Source: a virus (lineage: Duplodnaviria; Caudoviricetes). From it: 64,000 bases of DNA. This document shows, one piece after another, positions 1-8,281 of this stretch; position 1 is the stretch's first letter; each line of letters starts with the position of its first letter. The stretch is taken from IMG/VR virus record IMGVR_UViG_3300037255_000025, positions 105,749 to 169,748 of that record; one strand, 5' to 3'. Position numbers and translations under genes: made by a program. The notes below the pieces were generated by a model that was given only the letters and a program-made list of their open reading frames with translations, ran no database searches and had not been told where the DNA came from.

Positions 1-858
1 ATGGCCGGCAAGGCCGCGCTGGGGTTCGCCCGGACGCTGCGTCGGATCCTGCGGGAGCGACGTCCGGGTTACCTGGCGGTTGCGGTCGACAACGCGCTGC
101 CGACGTTCCGCCACGACCTGTTCCGGCAGCACTCGGCCATGTTGGGCGCCGAGGACTACAAGGCCGACCGGGTCAAGCGGATCAAGCCCCACGAGCGCGC
201 GGCCGTGTTGGAGCAGATTCGCACGGCCCAGGAGCTGCTCGAAGACGCGTACGGCGTCCGGTGCCTCGCGGCCCGGGGGTACGAGGGGGACGACGTCTTG
301 GCGACGCTGGCCCAGCGCGGGCTCGACGCTGGGCTGAAGGTCGTGGTGGTCGCGTATGACAAGGACATGTTCCAGCTCGTGCAGCAGGACCGCTGTTGGG
401 TCTGGGATGGCGAGGGTCGGGTGTTCGACGCCGCGGCGGTCGAGGCCAAGCTCGGGTGCGCGCCGGACCGCGTGGTCGACTTCATGTCGATCGTGGGCGA
501 CTCGACCGATGGCGTGCGGGGCGTCGTCGGGGCCGGACCGGTCGCGGCGTTGAAGGTCTTGGCGGCGTTCCCAACGCTCGATGCCGCGCTAGAGTCGGCG
601 GAGCGTGGCGACCAGGACCACCCGCTGTGGCAGCAGGATCCGCGGCTCTGGGCCAAGGTGGTGTCGCAGCAGCGTCAAGCGCAGCTTTGCCGCCAGCTTG
701 TGACGCTCGCGCGTGACGTCCCGCTGGCCGTGACGCTCCAGGAGCTGAGCCTGTCGGCCTCGATGGCGGTGGAGCTAGCGCTCCAGGACACGACGGCGTC
801 CGAGGCCGACCCTGTTGACGGTCCCGAGGCGTTCGAGTGGTCGGTGGCGGATGTTTAG
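1..858 (+). CDS. 5'-3' exonuclease / flap endonuclease (Pol I N-terminal-like), possibly 5'-truncated
   Basis: Motifs AVAVD, TFRH, YKADR, GYEGDD, DKDMFQL and GDSTDGVRGVVGAG (helix-hairpin-helix). Confidence 0.9.
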   Translation: MAGKAALGFARTLRRILRERRPGYLAVAVDNALPTFRHDLFRQHSAMLGAEDYKADRVKRIKPHERAAVLEQIRTAQELLEDAYGVRCLAARGYEGDDVLATLAQRGLDAGLKVVVVAYDKDMFQLVQQDRCWVWDGEGRVFDAAAVEAKLGCAPDRVVDFMSIVGDSTDGVRGVVGAGPVAALKVLAAFPTLDAALESAERGDQDHPLWQQDPRLWAKVVSQQRQAQLCRQLVTLARDVPLAVTLQELSLSASMAVELALQDTTASEADPVDGPEAFEWSVADV

Positions 859-884
859 TCGCACCGCGGGGTAAGGTGGACGAA

Positions 885-1688
885 GTGAGCATCCTATCTG
901 ACAGCGCGGTCCTGGTCGCCATGGACCAAAAGCGCATCGTGATCGATCCGTTCGACCGAGCGCGCCTGGGGTCAAACAGCTACGACGTTGCGCTCGGCCC
1001 GCGCCTGCTGGTCTACGAGACCGAGGAGCCGATCCTGCGTCCGGATGGCCGCGTTTTCTTCCCGGGCGCGCCGACCATCCTGGACGTCCGAAAGCAAAAC
1101 CCGACGATGACGGTCGACATCCCGGAGTCCGGGATCGTCCTGCACCCCGGGCAGCTCTACCTGGGCTCGACGATTGAGCGGACCGAGAGCCACGACTTCG
1201 TGCCGGTGCTGTGTGGCAAGAGCAGCCTCGGTCGGTTGGGCCTTTCCGTGCACGTTACCGCAGGATTCGGGGATGTAGGATTCTGCGGGGCATGGACGTT
1301 GGAGCTGATGGTCGTGCGCCCGCTCCGCATCTACGCCGGCATGCCGGTGGCGCAGATCGCCTGGCACACCGTCGAGGGTTTGGTTCTGCGACCGTACGGG
1401 TTCAAGCCGGGGGCGAAGTATGCGAACCAGTCGGCGGACCCGGTGGCGTCGGAGATGTGGCGGAACTTCGACGGCCTGAAGCCTGACGAGTGGCGACCGA
1501 CCCCTAGCCGCGACCTTCCGCCGTTTAAGCTCAAGCCCGACGAGCGATCACAGCGCTGGCGCGACGCCGAGGCCCTGTGTGGTCCAGGCTACTGCCCACC
1601 CGACGCGCTCAAGATCATCGAGGAAGAGCAGGCCGCGTACGACGCCAAGCTGTCCGCAGTAAACCTCGACGGTGTGGGGCGGCCGTGA
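885..1688 (+). CDS. dcd: dCTP deaminase
   Basis: ILSD N-terminus, NSYDV, GKSSLGRLGL.VHVTAGFGDVGF.G.WTLEL, KY.NQ; GTG at 885 follows GGGTAAG motif. Confidence 0.92.
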   Translation: MSILSDSAVLVAMDQKRIVIDPFDRARLGSNSYDVALGPRLLVYETEEPILRPDGRVFFPGAPTILDVRKQNPTMTVDIPESGIVLHPGQLYLGSTIERTESHDFVPVLCGKSSLGRLGLSVHVTAGFGDVGFCGAWTLELMVVRPLRIYAGMPVAQIAWHTVEGLVLRPYGFKPGAKYANQSADPVASEMWRNFDGLKPDEWRPTPSRDLPPFKLKPDERSQRWRDAEALCGPGYCPPDALKIIEEEQAAYDAKLSAVNLDGVGRP

Positions 1689-1933
1689 GCTACGTGGTCC
1701 GGATATCAAGCGGGTATGACCGCTTGGCCTCCTTTTACGTGGCCGACGACGGGAGGATCACGGCGCAATTCGAGGATGCTAAGGAGTACCCGACGGTGGA
1801 GGCGGCCGAGCGAACGACGTTCTGGGTTGCGCGTGTCTGGGTAGGTTATGACGTACGTGTCGTAGACCTTGCGGAAGAACTCCTGACGCGAGAAGCCGCG
1901 CGTCAGGTTGGCGTCGAGGACCCGCTGTGGTGA
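1685..1933 (+). CDS. small paralogue family member (VVxLADExLExEA family)
   Basis: SYVVRI...AKEYPTVEAA...VVDLAEELLTREAAR; GTGA overlap with dcd stop. Confidence 0.75.
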   Translation: MSYVVRISSGYDRLASFYVADDGRITAQFEDAKEYPTVEAAERTTFWVARVWVGYDVRVVDLAEELLTREAARQVGVEDPLW

Positions 1934-2235
1934 GCGGCGCCGCGTGGTTGTTGGTGATGCCGCGACCCCCGGGGGTGAGCCGGCCTGCGCTGATGTGGTA
2001 TGTTGGGGGCGCAACCTGGACGTACGACGCGCTCCGCGCGACCGCGTTCCCGACCGCCGAGGCCGCCAAGGCCCAGGTCGACGCCGCCGCGATGGGGCTC
2101 GGCCCCAAGGTCGCGTTGCGCGTCCGGGCGGTGCTGTTCGCGGAGGTGCTGCGCGAGAACGAGGCGGTGCTGCGGCGTGCGGTGCCTGTCCTGACGGACC
2201 CACGGGGCGGTCCTGGGGGACGGGGCCGTGGTTAG
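1927..2235 (+). CDS. small paralogue family member
   Basis: AWLLVM...WY...ATAFPTAEAA...VLFAEVLRENEA. Confidence 0.7.
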   Translation: MVSGAAWLLVMPRPPGVSRPALMWYVGGATWTYDALRATAFPTAEAAKAQVDAAAMGLGPKVALRVRAVLFAEVLRENEAVLRRAVPVLTDPRGGPGGRGRG

Positions 2236-2487
2236 GCGCCAAGGGCCTTTCGTCGTTCGGGTCGAGACCTGGGAGGAAGACAAGCCCGTGGCCTTCTGCC
2301 GTTGTCACCCGCGTGCTCGCGGCGAGGTCGCCTGACGCGTCACCCGTCGTTGGCCGCGGCGTTCGCGGTCGTTGGCCAAGCAAACGTTCTGGCCACCCGA
2401 TACGCCCGAAAGTACGGGTGGACCCGCACCTCGCGCGTTGTCCCGCTCGCTGATGCCCTGTTGGAGGTTGAGGCGGGCCTTGTCTGA
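2228..2487 (+). pseudogene. frameshifted paralogue family member
   Basis: PFVVRV frame stops at TGA 2333; VVPLADALLEVEAG is in another frame; one extra G (TGG ACG) would restore it. Confidence 0.6.
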
Positions 2488-2752
2488 GTTCTTGATCCGG
2501 TTACACAGAGACGGAGTCTGGCCGTACTACTGGACCCAGTATTACTTGGGTTGGGTGACAGAGCCCTCGCGGGCGACCCCCTACTTGGAGGAGGAAGCGC
2601 GCGAGGAACTCAAGCGCGTGATCCACTACTTGGAGGAGGACGCGCGCGAGGCACTCAAGCGCGTGATCCGTCGGACAAGTCAGCCGAGTCTCGACGTCGT
2701 TCCGTTGTCCGACGCGATGTTGGACCGGGCCGCGCGCTATCCCAACCTCTAG
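2480..2752 (+). CDS. small paralogue family member with internal 45-bp duplication
   Basis: EFLIRL...YYLGWVTEPSRATPY; YLEE.ARE.LKRVI twice; VVPLSDAMLDRAAR. Confidence 0.7.
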   Translation: MSEFLIRLHRDGVWPYYWTQYYLGWVTEPSRATPYLEEEAREELKRVIHYLEEDAREALKRVIRRTSQPSLDVVPLSDAMLDRAARYPNL

Positions 2753-2994
2753 CCCAACGCCTCCTCTTCGAAGTGGCGCAGGCCGTGGAGGGACCTCGGC
2801 GCGCGCAACGCGGCGCTCGGGCGCGAGCGTGCGACCGCCGCCCAGACGGCCTCCGCGGCTTCCTCAGCCGCCGACAGGATCGGCGGCGGGTACTCGAGCG
2901 CGCTCAGGGGGGCCGTGACCCGCGTACGCCTCGCCGGGTACGGGGCCGCGTAGGGGTTGCAGATTTTGGCAGACTGGGGCACAAAGCTCATCAC
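2749..2994 (-). CDS. hypothetical protein, opposite strand inside array
   Basis: 81 aa ORF filling a gap between paralogues. Confidence 0.4.
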   Translation of the reverse strand: MMSFVPQSAKICNPYAAPYPARRTRVTAPLSALEYPPPILSAAEEAAEAVWAAVARSRPSAALRAPRSLHGLRHFEEEALG

Positions 2995-3241
2995 GTTGAC
3001 CTCTTGCTCAGGTTGACCAGGCCCTCGGCGTTACCCGCGCCGGGGGCTTTCGTTCGTCTGAGAAGCTAAAACCGGGCCGGAGTCGCGGCCCTGGTAACTT
3101 AAGGCTTTTCTAGCAATTCTGCACGGCCGGTAGACGCAAAAACGCATCACACGTCCTACAATTGCGCATCGGGGCGATCAACCCCGGGCGTAAGGGCGGC
3201 GCGGGTTCCGAAGCGTCGCCCGCGGGGGTAAGGATCCGGGC

Positions 3242-3490
3242 GTGGGCGAACAGCATGTCGGCGCGTGGATCGTGAAAGTAGTCGGCGGACACGTAGACGT
3301 GTCCGCGGCGTGGGTGGTGCGCATCGGCGCGATGACAGGGGCCAGCCGCGTCACGACCGAGCCCGGGAAGGCGGTGTTCACCACCCGAGCCACGGCGCTC
3401 GACTGGATGAAGGCAAACCACGCGTCCGCGGGGTGCGCGGTTCCGCTGGCTGATGAGCTGCTTGAGTGCGAGGCCCGACGGACGCCATGA
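3242..3490 (+). CDS. small paralogue family member
   Basis: AWIVKV...KAVFTTRATA...AVPLADELLECEARR; GGGTAAG motif upstream. Confidence 0.75.
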   Translation: MGEQHVGAWIVKVVGGHVDVSAAWVVRIGAMTGASRVTTEPGKAVFTTRATALDWMKANHASAGCAVPLADELLECEARRTP

Positions 3491-3750
3491 AGCAAGCGTG
3501 GATCCTGCGGGAGTTGCCTGACGAGCCTGACGTGGCGCTCTCGTCGGTCTGGCGGAGACCTACGCTCTACGTAAGCGTGTACGGTGACGATTGCGCGGTC
3601 TTCGCCCTTTCGGCAGCAAAGGTGTTCCGGTCGGCAGCTTGCGCAGAGCGTCACCGTCGTCGTCTTTTGATGCCCGATCGGTGGACCGTGGTTCCGTTCG
3701 CGGACGCGATGCTCGATTACGAGGCGGCGCGCCATGAGGCGGCCCGATGA
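3487..3750 (+). CDS. small paralogue family member
   Basis: AWILRE...AKVFRSAACA...VVPFADAMLDYEAAR; ATGA overlap. Confidence 0.75.
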   Translation: MKQAWILRELPDEPDVALSSVWRRPTLYVSVYGDDCAVFALSAAKVFRSAACAERHRRRLLMPDRWTVVPFADAMLDYEAARHEAAR

Positions 3751-4010
3751 GCCGCGATGCTGGCTGGGTCCTGAAGTCGCGGATGACGGCGGAGTACTTT
3801 GTGGCTGGGGTTCGGACGGGAGGTACTTGGTACACCGGGGTTCGGACGGGAGGTGCTTGGTACACCGTCGCGCCCTACTGTTCGATGGGCCGCGTGTTCT
3901 GGACGGAAGCCGACGCCCAGGAGGCCCGCGGTCGCCTCGACGACCCGGAGACGTGGATCGTGGTCCCGTTGGCGGATGAACTGCTGGAACAGGAGGCCCG
4001 ACGCCGATGA
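3747..4010 (+). CDS. small paralogue family member with 30-bp tandem duplication
   Basis: GWVLKS...(GVRTGG.WYT)x2...VFWTEADA...VVPLADELLEQEARR. Confidence 0.75.
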   Translation: MSRDAGWVLKSRMTAEYFVAGVRTGGTWYTGVRTGGAWYTVAPYCSMGRVFWTEADAQEARGRLDDPETWIVVPLADELLEQEARRR

Positions 4011-4297
4011 CCTGGGTCTTGGTCTGTAGACGCCCCGGCGCGCAACGCGGCGCGCAACGCGGCGCGCAACGCGGCGCGCAACGCGGCGATACTTATTACG
4101 CCCGGGACCTGCGTTCGCACGGTGAAGACTGGCCATACACGCTCATGCTCGACTTCGCCCAGGAGTTCTCGACCGAGCAAGCCGCGCTCGCGCATCGGAT
4201 AGAGCACCCCAGCGATGATCACGAGCTTGTGGTGGCGGGTCCTTGGATCGTGGTTCCGCTGGCGGATGAGCTGCTGGAACGGGAGGCGCGGCGCTGA
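4007..4297 (+). CDS. small paralogue family member with (GAQR)4 repeat
   Basis: TWVLVC...AQEFSTEQAA...VVPLADELLEREARR; 12-nt repeat GGCGCGCAACGC x4. Confidence 0.75.
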   Translation: MTWVLVCRRPGAQRGAQRGAQRGAQRGDTYYARDLRSHGEDWPYTLMLDFAQEFSTEQAALAHRIEHPSDDHELVVAGPWIVVPLADELLEREARR

Positions 4298-4575
4298 TGA
4301 GCTGGGTCCTGAAGCAGGCGGCGTTCCACGACGGCCGTGTACCTAAGGAGCCCCCCGCGCCGTACTACCTGGGCAGGACTCGCCCCGTGGCTCAGGACTC
4401 CGCGGCGGCGTGGTACACGAGTCCTGGGGACGCGATCGAATTCACGACCGAGCAGGATGCACGGGACTTCGTTCAGGAGCGGGGGATCCTCGGGGAGTGG
4501 CGACCCGTTGATCTCGCGGGTGAACTGCTGGCGCGCGAGGCTGCGGGCCCGAGCGGCAAGCCGGACCGCGGATGA
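4297..4575 (+). CDS. small paralogue family member
   Basis: SWVLKQ...YYL...AIEFTTEQDA...PVDLAGELLAREAA. Confidence 0.75.
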   Translation: MSWVLKQAAFHDGRVPKEPPAPYYLGRTRPVAQDSAAAWYTSPGDAIEFTTEQDARDFVQERGILGEWRPVDLAGELLAREAAGPSGKPDRG

Positions 4576-4582
4576 GGACCCG

Positions 4583-4807
4583 ATGCCCTGGATCCTGAAG
4601 CAGGACAGACCCTGGCCCTGGTACGTGTGGCGCGCGTTCCCAGCGCTCGTCGCCAACGGGGCGTACCACATGACCGATAGCCCCGGGAGGGCGCTCGCGT
4701 TTGACACGTGGGCCGAGGCCGACCGCTTCCGTAGCCCCAGTCTCGACCTCCATTGTGTCAACCAGGCGGACGAGACGCTGTCGTGGGCCGCGGCCCAGCA
4801 CCCGTGA
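4583..4807 (+). CDS. small paralogue family member
   Basis: PWILKQ...ALAFDTWAEA...VNQADETLSWAAA. Confidence 0.7.
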   Translation: MPWILKQDRPWPWYVWRAFPALVANGAYHMTDSPGRALAFDTWAEADRFRSPSLDLHCVNQADETLSWAAAQHP

Positions 4808-5069
4808 AGGCCGCGAAGCCCGTGTGGATCGTGAGATTCGGGTCGCGACGATCGACGATGTGGGCCTGCCTTGCTGGCTTTACTTGTACATGGACGCCAA
4901 CGACGACGTTGAGGCGACGAGCTGGCTTGACCTCGCGACCGAGTTCCCTCGTTCGGGGGAGGCGCGCCGGCTTCTGAAGCGGGGGGGTCTAGGCCCCGTG
5001 GGCTGGGAACCCGTGGACCTCGCGGACGAGATGCCTGAACACGCGTTGGAGCACGAGTCGCGGCGCTGA
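4804..5069 (+). pseudogene. frameshifted paralogue family member
   Basis: VWIVR in one frame, ATEFPRSGEA...PVDLADEMPEHALEHE in another; shift near 4840. Confidence 0.55.
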
Positions 5070-5096
5070 GTCGCGGCGCTGAGTCGCGGCGCTGAG
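5055..5096. repeat. 13-bp tandem repeat (GAGTCGCGGCGCT)x3
   Basis: Seen directly at the end of array A. Confidence 0.85.
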
Positions 5097-5332
5097 CAGA
5101 AACCTGTCTGCGGGGCGTTCGGGCTCAACGGCGTAGGCGCGCTCTAGCGTGCGTCTCCGTGGAGCCTCCTTGGGAACCCGGGCCAGTATATCGCCGGACG
5201 CGCCAGAAGCGTCTCGTGTGGCCGCGACGCCCCCCGGGCGCCCGCTCGGAGCTTCCTCGGAGCTTCCTCGGAGCCTCCTCCCGCGCCCCACGCTTGCGGC
5301 AAGGGCTGCCGCGCCGGTACAATGCCCTCTCC

Positions 5333-6187
5333 ATGCCGAGAAAGTTCCGTCCCCCGGTCGACCCCGCGCTGCGCCAGAAGCGCCCCGCGCTGCCCCGTAC
5401 GCGCGCGCTCTACGATGAGTATGTCGAGCAGTTCCGCCGGGATAGCCGCATCGCCCGGGTCGCCGCCCACTTCGGCGTCACGTGGACGACGGCCCGGATC
5501 GTCTACCACGACGGGTGGGTCGGGATCCCCTGGGCCCGGCCGATCAAGAAGGTCCTGGAGCAGGACGTCTTCGAGGAGGAGAACCGGTCCCGGGAACAAG
5601 CCCGCCGCGACCGCGCCCGGGAGCTAGAGGCCCGGGAAGCCGAGCAGGAAGCGAAGCGCGAGGCCCTGAAAGCCGAGCGACAACGGGCCCAAAACGAAGA
5701 GGCCACGCTGGTCACCAGCACCCGCCGAGGCCTCCAGCAGCTTGCCTCAGTCGTGCTGGCGCTGAGCCCCGCGGCGGCCCAGATGGTCCGGGTCGTGATG
5801 CGCGAGGCGTTCGACGAGACCGTCGGGCCGGACGGCAAGCCCCAGTACACGCCCAAAGCCATCCCGACGATCAAGCCCGACGCCGCGATGAAGTACCTGA
5901 ACGCCATGGCCCAGATGGCGGCCCGCGTGACCGTCGCGGGCGTGGATCTTTCGCACTTTGCCGCCGAACGCCGTGGGCCGGAGCCCACGGTGGGCGCGGT
6001 TGAGATGACGGAGGAGGAGAACGAGGAGGCGTTGCAGCACGCCCGCTCCATCCTGTGGAGCCTCGACGAGGAGGCCCGGCTGAAGCGGGAGGACGCGTAC
6101 CCGCGGCCCGAGGCCCCGGCGGTCGCGCGGGAGGACGCCCCGGACAAGCCCTCGATCGGGCCCCAAAACCCGGGCGAAGTGCACTAA
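5333..6187 (+). CDS. HTH plus coiled-coil protein; candidate terminase small subunit or DNA-binding protein
   Basis: IARVAAHFGVTWTTARIVYHDGW helix-turn-helix pattern followed by helical region; TACAAT upstream. Confidence 0.5.
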   Translation: MPRKFRPPVDPALRQKRPALPRTRALYDEYVEQFRRDSRIARVAAHFGVTWTTARIVYHDGWVGIPWARPIKKVLEQDVFEEENRSREQARRDRARELEAREAEQEAKREALKAERQRAQNEEATLVTSTRRGLQQLASVVLALSPAAAQMVRVVMREAFDETVGPDGKPQYTPKAIPTIKPDAAMKYLNAMAQMAARVTVAGVDLSHFAAERRGPEPTVGAVEMTEEENEEALQHARSILWSLDEEARLKREDAYPRPEAPAVAREDAPDKPSIGPQNPGEVH

Positions 6188-6188
6188 A

Positions 6189-6252
6189 GGTATATACCTT
6201 TGCTTGCGGGTATATACCTTTGCTTGCGGGTATATACCCGAAGGTATATACC
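6189..6252. promoter_or_regulatory. array of four GGTATATACC palindromes
   Basis: Copies at 6189, 6209, 6229 and 6243 in an AT-rich intergenic gap. Confidence 0.75.
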
Positions 6253-6260
6253 CCGGATTC

Positions 6261-6677
6261 ATGGCAGCTAAACAGAAGCGACTGTTGGTTTGGTCGGCGA
6301 GGGCAGAGGCGGCCCTTCGTCGCGCGGAAACGGAGCGGAGGGCCTCCTTGGGTCGGGAGCTTCTCCCGCGCGAGAAGTCTGCAAGCTCCGTTGTGCTCTG
6401 GGCCCTTGAGTCGGTCGGGTCTCCGCGACCTACTATCCGTGAGCGTGTCCGCGAGAAGGTTGTGCAGGCTCATGTGTATCTTGAGGGCGACCCCGTGGGC
6501 GAGCAACACGACGCTGCCGTCGCCATGGCTAGGCTGCGCGAGATCGAGGCGCACCCTGAGCGCCTCGTGAGGGGCGAAGAACTGGGGAAGCTCCTTGATG
6601 GGCTGGCGGAGTTCCCCGAGCCCTTGGTCGAGTACGACGACCCTCGGGTTGCCGCGAAGAAGGCCCGGCGCGGGTAA
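6261..6677 (+). CDS. hypothetical, possible DNA-binding regulator
   Basis: Basic N-terminus; directly follows the palindrome array. Confidence 0.5.
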   Translation: MAAKQKRLLVWSARAEAALRRAETERRASLGRELLPREKSASSVVLWALESVGSPRPTIRERVREKVVQAHVYLEGDPVGEQHDAAVAMARLREIEAHPERLVRGEELGKLLDGLAEFPEPLVEYDDPRVAAKKARRG

Positions 6678-6687
6678 GGACCGGGGC

Positions 6688-7020
6688 GTGCCCTGGATCA
6701 TCAAGCTCACGGAGCTGGCCACGACGCACTGGCCCTCCCCGGGACGGACGGCGTACCTGCGGGCGTGGCCCCAAGGCCCTGTTGGGTGGCGCGCCGTCCA
6801 GATGACGCACATCGTCGCGACCGACGGCGCGGCCGTTTGGGTGCCAGAGCTGAGCCTGGCGAAGGTGTTCGCCACCGAGGAGATCGCGCGCGCCGCGGCG
6901 GACCGATGCCGGTCCAAGATCGGGGAGGCGCGGTTTGTGCGGCTTGAGTTCGCGGACTGGGCGGGGGAACTGTTGGAGCGAGAAGCCGCCCACGCTGGGG
7001 GTAAGGGACCGCGAACGTGA
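6688..7020 (+). CDS. small paralogue family member
   Basis: PWIIKL...AKVFATEEIA...WAGELLEREAA; stop overlaps tnpB start. Confidence 0.75.
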   Translation: MPWIIKLTELATTHWPSPGRTAYLRAWPQGPVGWRAVQMTHIVATDGAAVWVPELSLAKVFATEEIARAAADRCRSKIGEARFVRLEFADWAGELLEREAAHAGGKGPRT

Positions 7021-8240
7021 AGATCCTCCGAGCGTACAAGACCGAGCTGGACCCCACGGTCTCCCAGACCGAGCAGCTCCTACAGCACGCCGGTTGCGCT
7101 CGCTGGGCTTACAACTGGGGTCTCCGAAGGAAGATCGAGTCCTACGAAGCTACGGGCAAGAGTCCGTCCTGGGTGGATCTCAACCGCGAGCTGAACGTGA
7201 TCAAGAAGCTCCCCAAGGAAGCCGGCGGGGTCCCGTGGATGTACGAGTCCTCGAAGTGTGCCCCGCAGGAAGCGCTCCGAAACCTTGATCGAGCCTTTGA
7301 GGGCTTCTTTCGTCGGTGTAAGAGCGGCTCGAAGCGGAAAGGCTTCCCTCGGTTCAAGTCTCGTAAGCGGGGCATCGGTAGCTTCAAGTTCAGCGGAACG
7401 ATTCATGTAGAAGAGCGACGGGTTCAGCTTCCCCGTCTCGGGAAGATCAAGCTCAAGCAACGCGGGTACCTCCCGACCTCGGGGGTGAAGATCCTCTCAG
7501 CTTCGGTCTCGGAGCGAGCGGGGCGGTGGTTCGTTTCGATCCAGGTTGAACAGGGGCTACCGGATCCCGCACCCAAGCCCACGTCGGTTCTCGGGATCGA
7601 CGTTGGGATCAAGAATCTCGGGGTCACCAGCGAAGGCGAGGTCTTCTCCAACCCGAAGGCGCTCCTGGCAGCGCAGAAGCTTCTCCGAGCGCGTCAGAAG
7701 TCTCTCGCGAGAAAGACCAAAGGATCGAACAACAGGAGGAAAACGGCCGCTAGGGTCGCCCGTCTACACGCTAGGATCTCCAATATCCGGAGGGATTCGA
7801 TCCACAAGATGACGACTGCGATCACCAAGCAGGCGTCGGTTCTCGTGATCGAGGATCTCAACGTCCTTGGGATGCTGAGAAACCACTGTCTCGCCCGGTC
7901 TCTGTCGGATGCCTCCCTCGGGGAGATCCGCCGGCAGCTCACCTACAAGAGCAAGTGGCGCGGGGTCGAGCTTCGGGTAGCGGACCGCTTCTATCCAAGC
8001 AGCAAGAGGTGCTCGGGGTGTGGAGCGGTCAAGGTCTCGCTCTCGTTGGCCGAGAGGGTCTACCGATGCGAGCTTTGTGGTCTCGTGATCGATCGAGACC
8101 TGAACGCTGCCCTCAACTTGAAAGATTTGGCCGGGAGTTCCCCGGTGCAAGCCTGTCGCCCTGGAGGCTCTGGTGCTGCTCTTACGAGCGGTACGAAACC
8201 TCTGGTTGGGCAGGAACCGAACCGGGAGGCTTCCTCGTGA
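7017..8240 (+). CDS. tnpB: RNA-guided endonuclease TnpB, copy 1
   Basis: RAYKTEL N-terminus; RuvC GIDVG / IEDL / DRDLNAA; CxxC-CxxC zinc ribbon. Confidence 0.95.
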   Translation: MKILRAYKTELDPTVSQTEQLLQHAGCARWAYNWGLRRKIESYEATGKSPSWVDLNRELNVIKKLPKEAGGVPWMYESSKCAPQEALRNLDRAFEGFFRRCKSGSKRKGFPRFKSRKRGIGSFKFSGTIHVEERRVQLPRLGKIKLKQRGYLPTSGVKILSASVSERAGRWFVSIQVEQGLPDPAPKPTSVLGIDVGIKNLGVTSEGEVFSNPKALLAAQKLLRARQKSLARKTKGSNNRRKTAARVARLHARISNIRRDSIHKMTTAITKQASVLVIEDLNVLGMLRNHCLARSLSDASLGEIRRQLTYKSKWRGVELRVADRFYPSSKRCSGCGAVKVSLSLAERVYRCELCGLVIDRDLNAALNLKDLAGSSPVQACRPGGSGAALTSGTKPLVGQEPNREASS

Positions 8241-8281
8241 AGCAAACCGGCCCGGAGAACGTATTCGGTCCGTTCTTTCAA
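8129..8281 (+). ncRNA. omegaRNA of tnpB copy 1 (scaffold ends GGAGAACG at 8261; guide TATTCGGTCCGTTCTTTCAA)
   Basis: Identity among four loci ends at GGAG(A/G)ACG; covarying hairpins; 5' boundary approximate. Confidence 0.75.

Noticed and set aside
868-876. TAAGG as a simple Shine-Dalgarno sequence
   Set aside because: The spacing is compatible, but conserved upstream GGG and AAS, and copies with a separate GGAGG, fit a promoter better; not fully excluded
4036-6252. Short repeats as a CRISPR array
   Set aside because: They are head-to-tail tandem repeats without unique spacers, and no cas genes are visible
7017-8240. TnpB as a nuclease-dead TldR-type regulator
   Set aside because: All three RuvC acidic residues are present in all three copies
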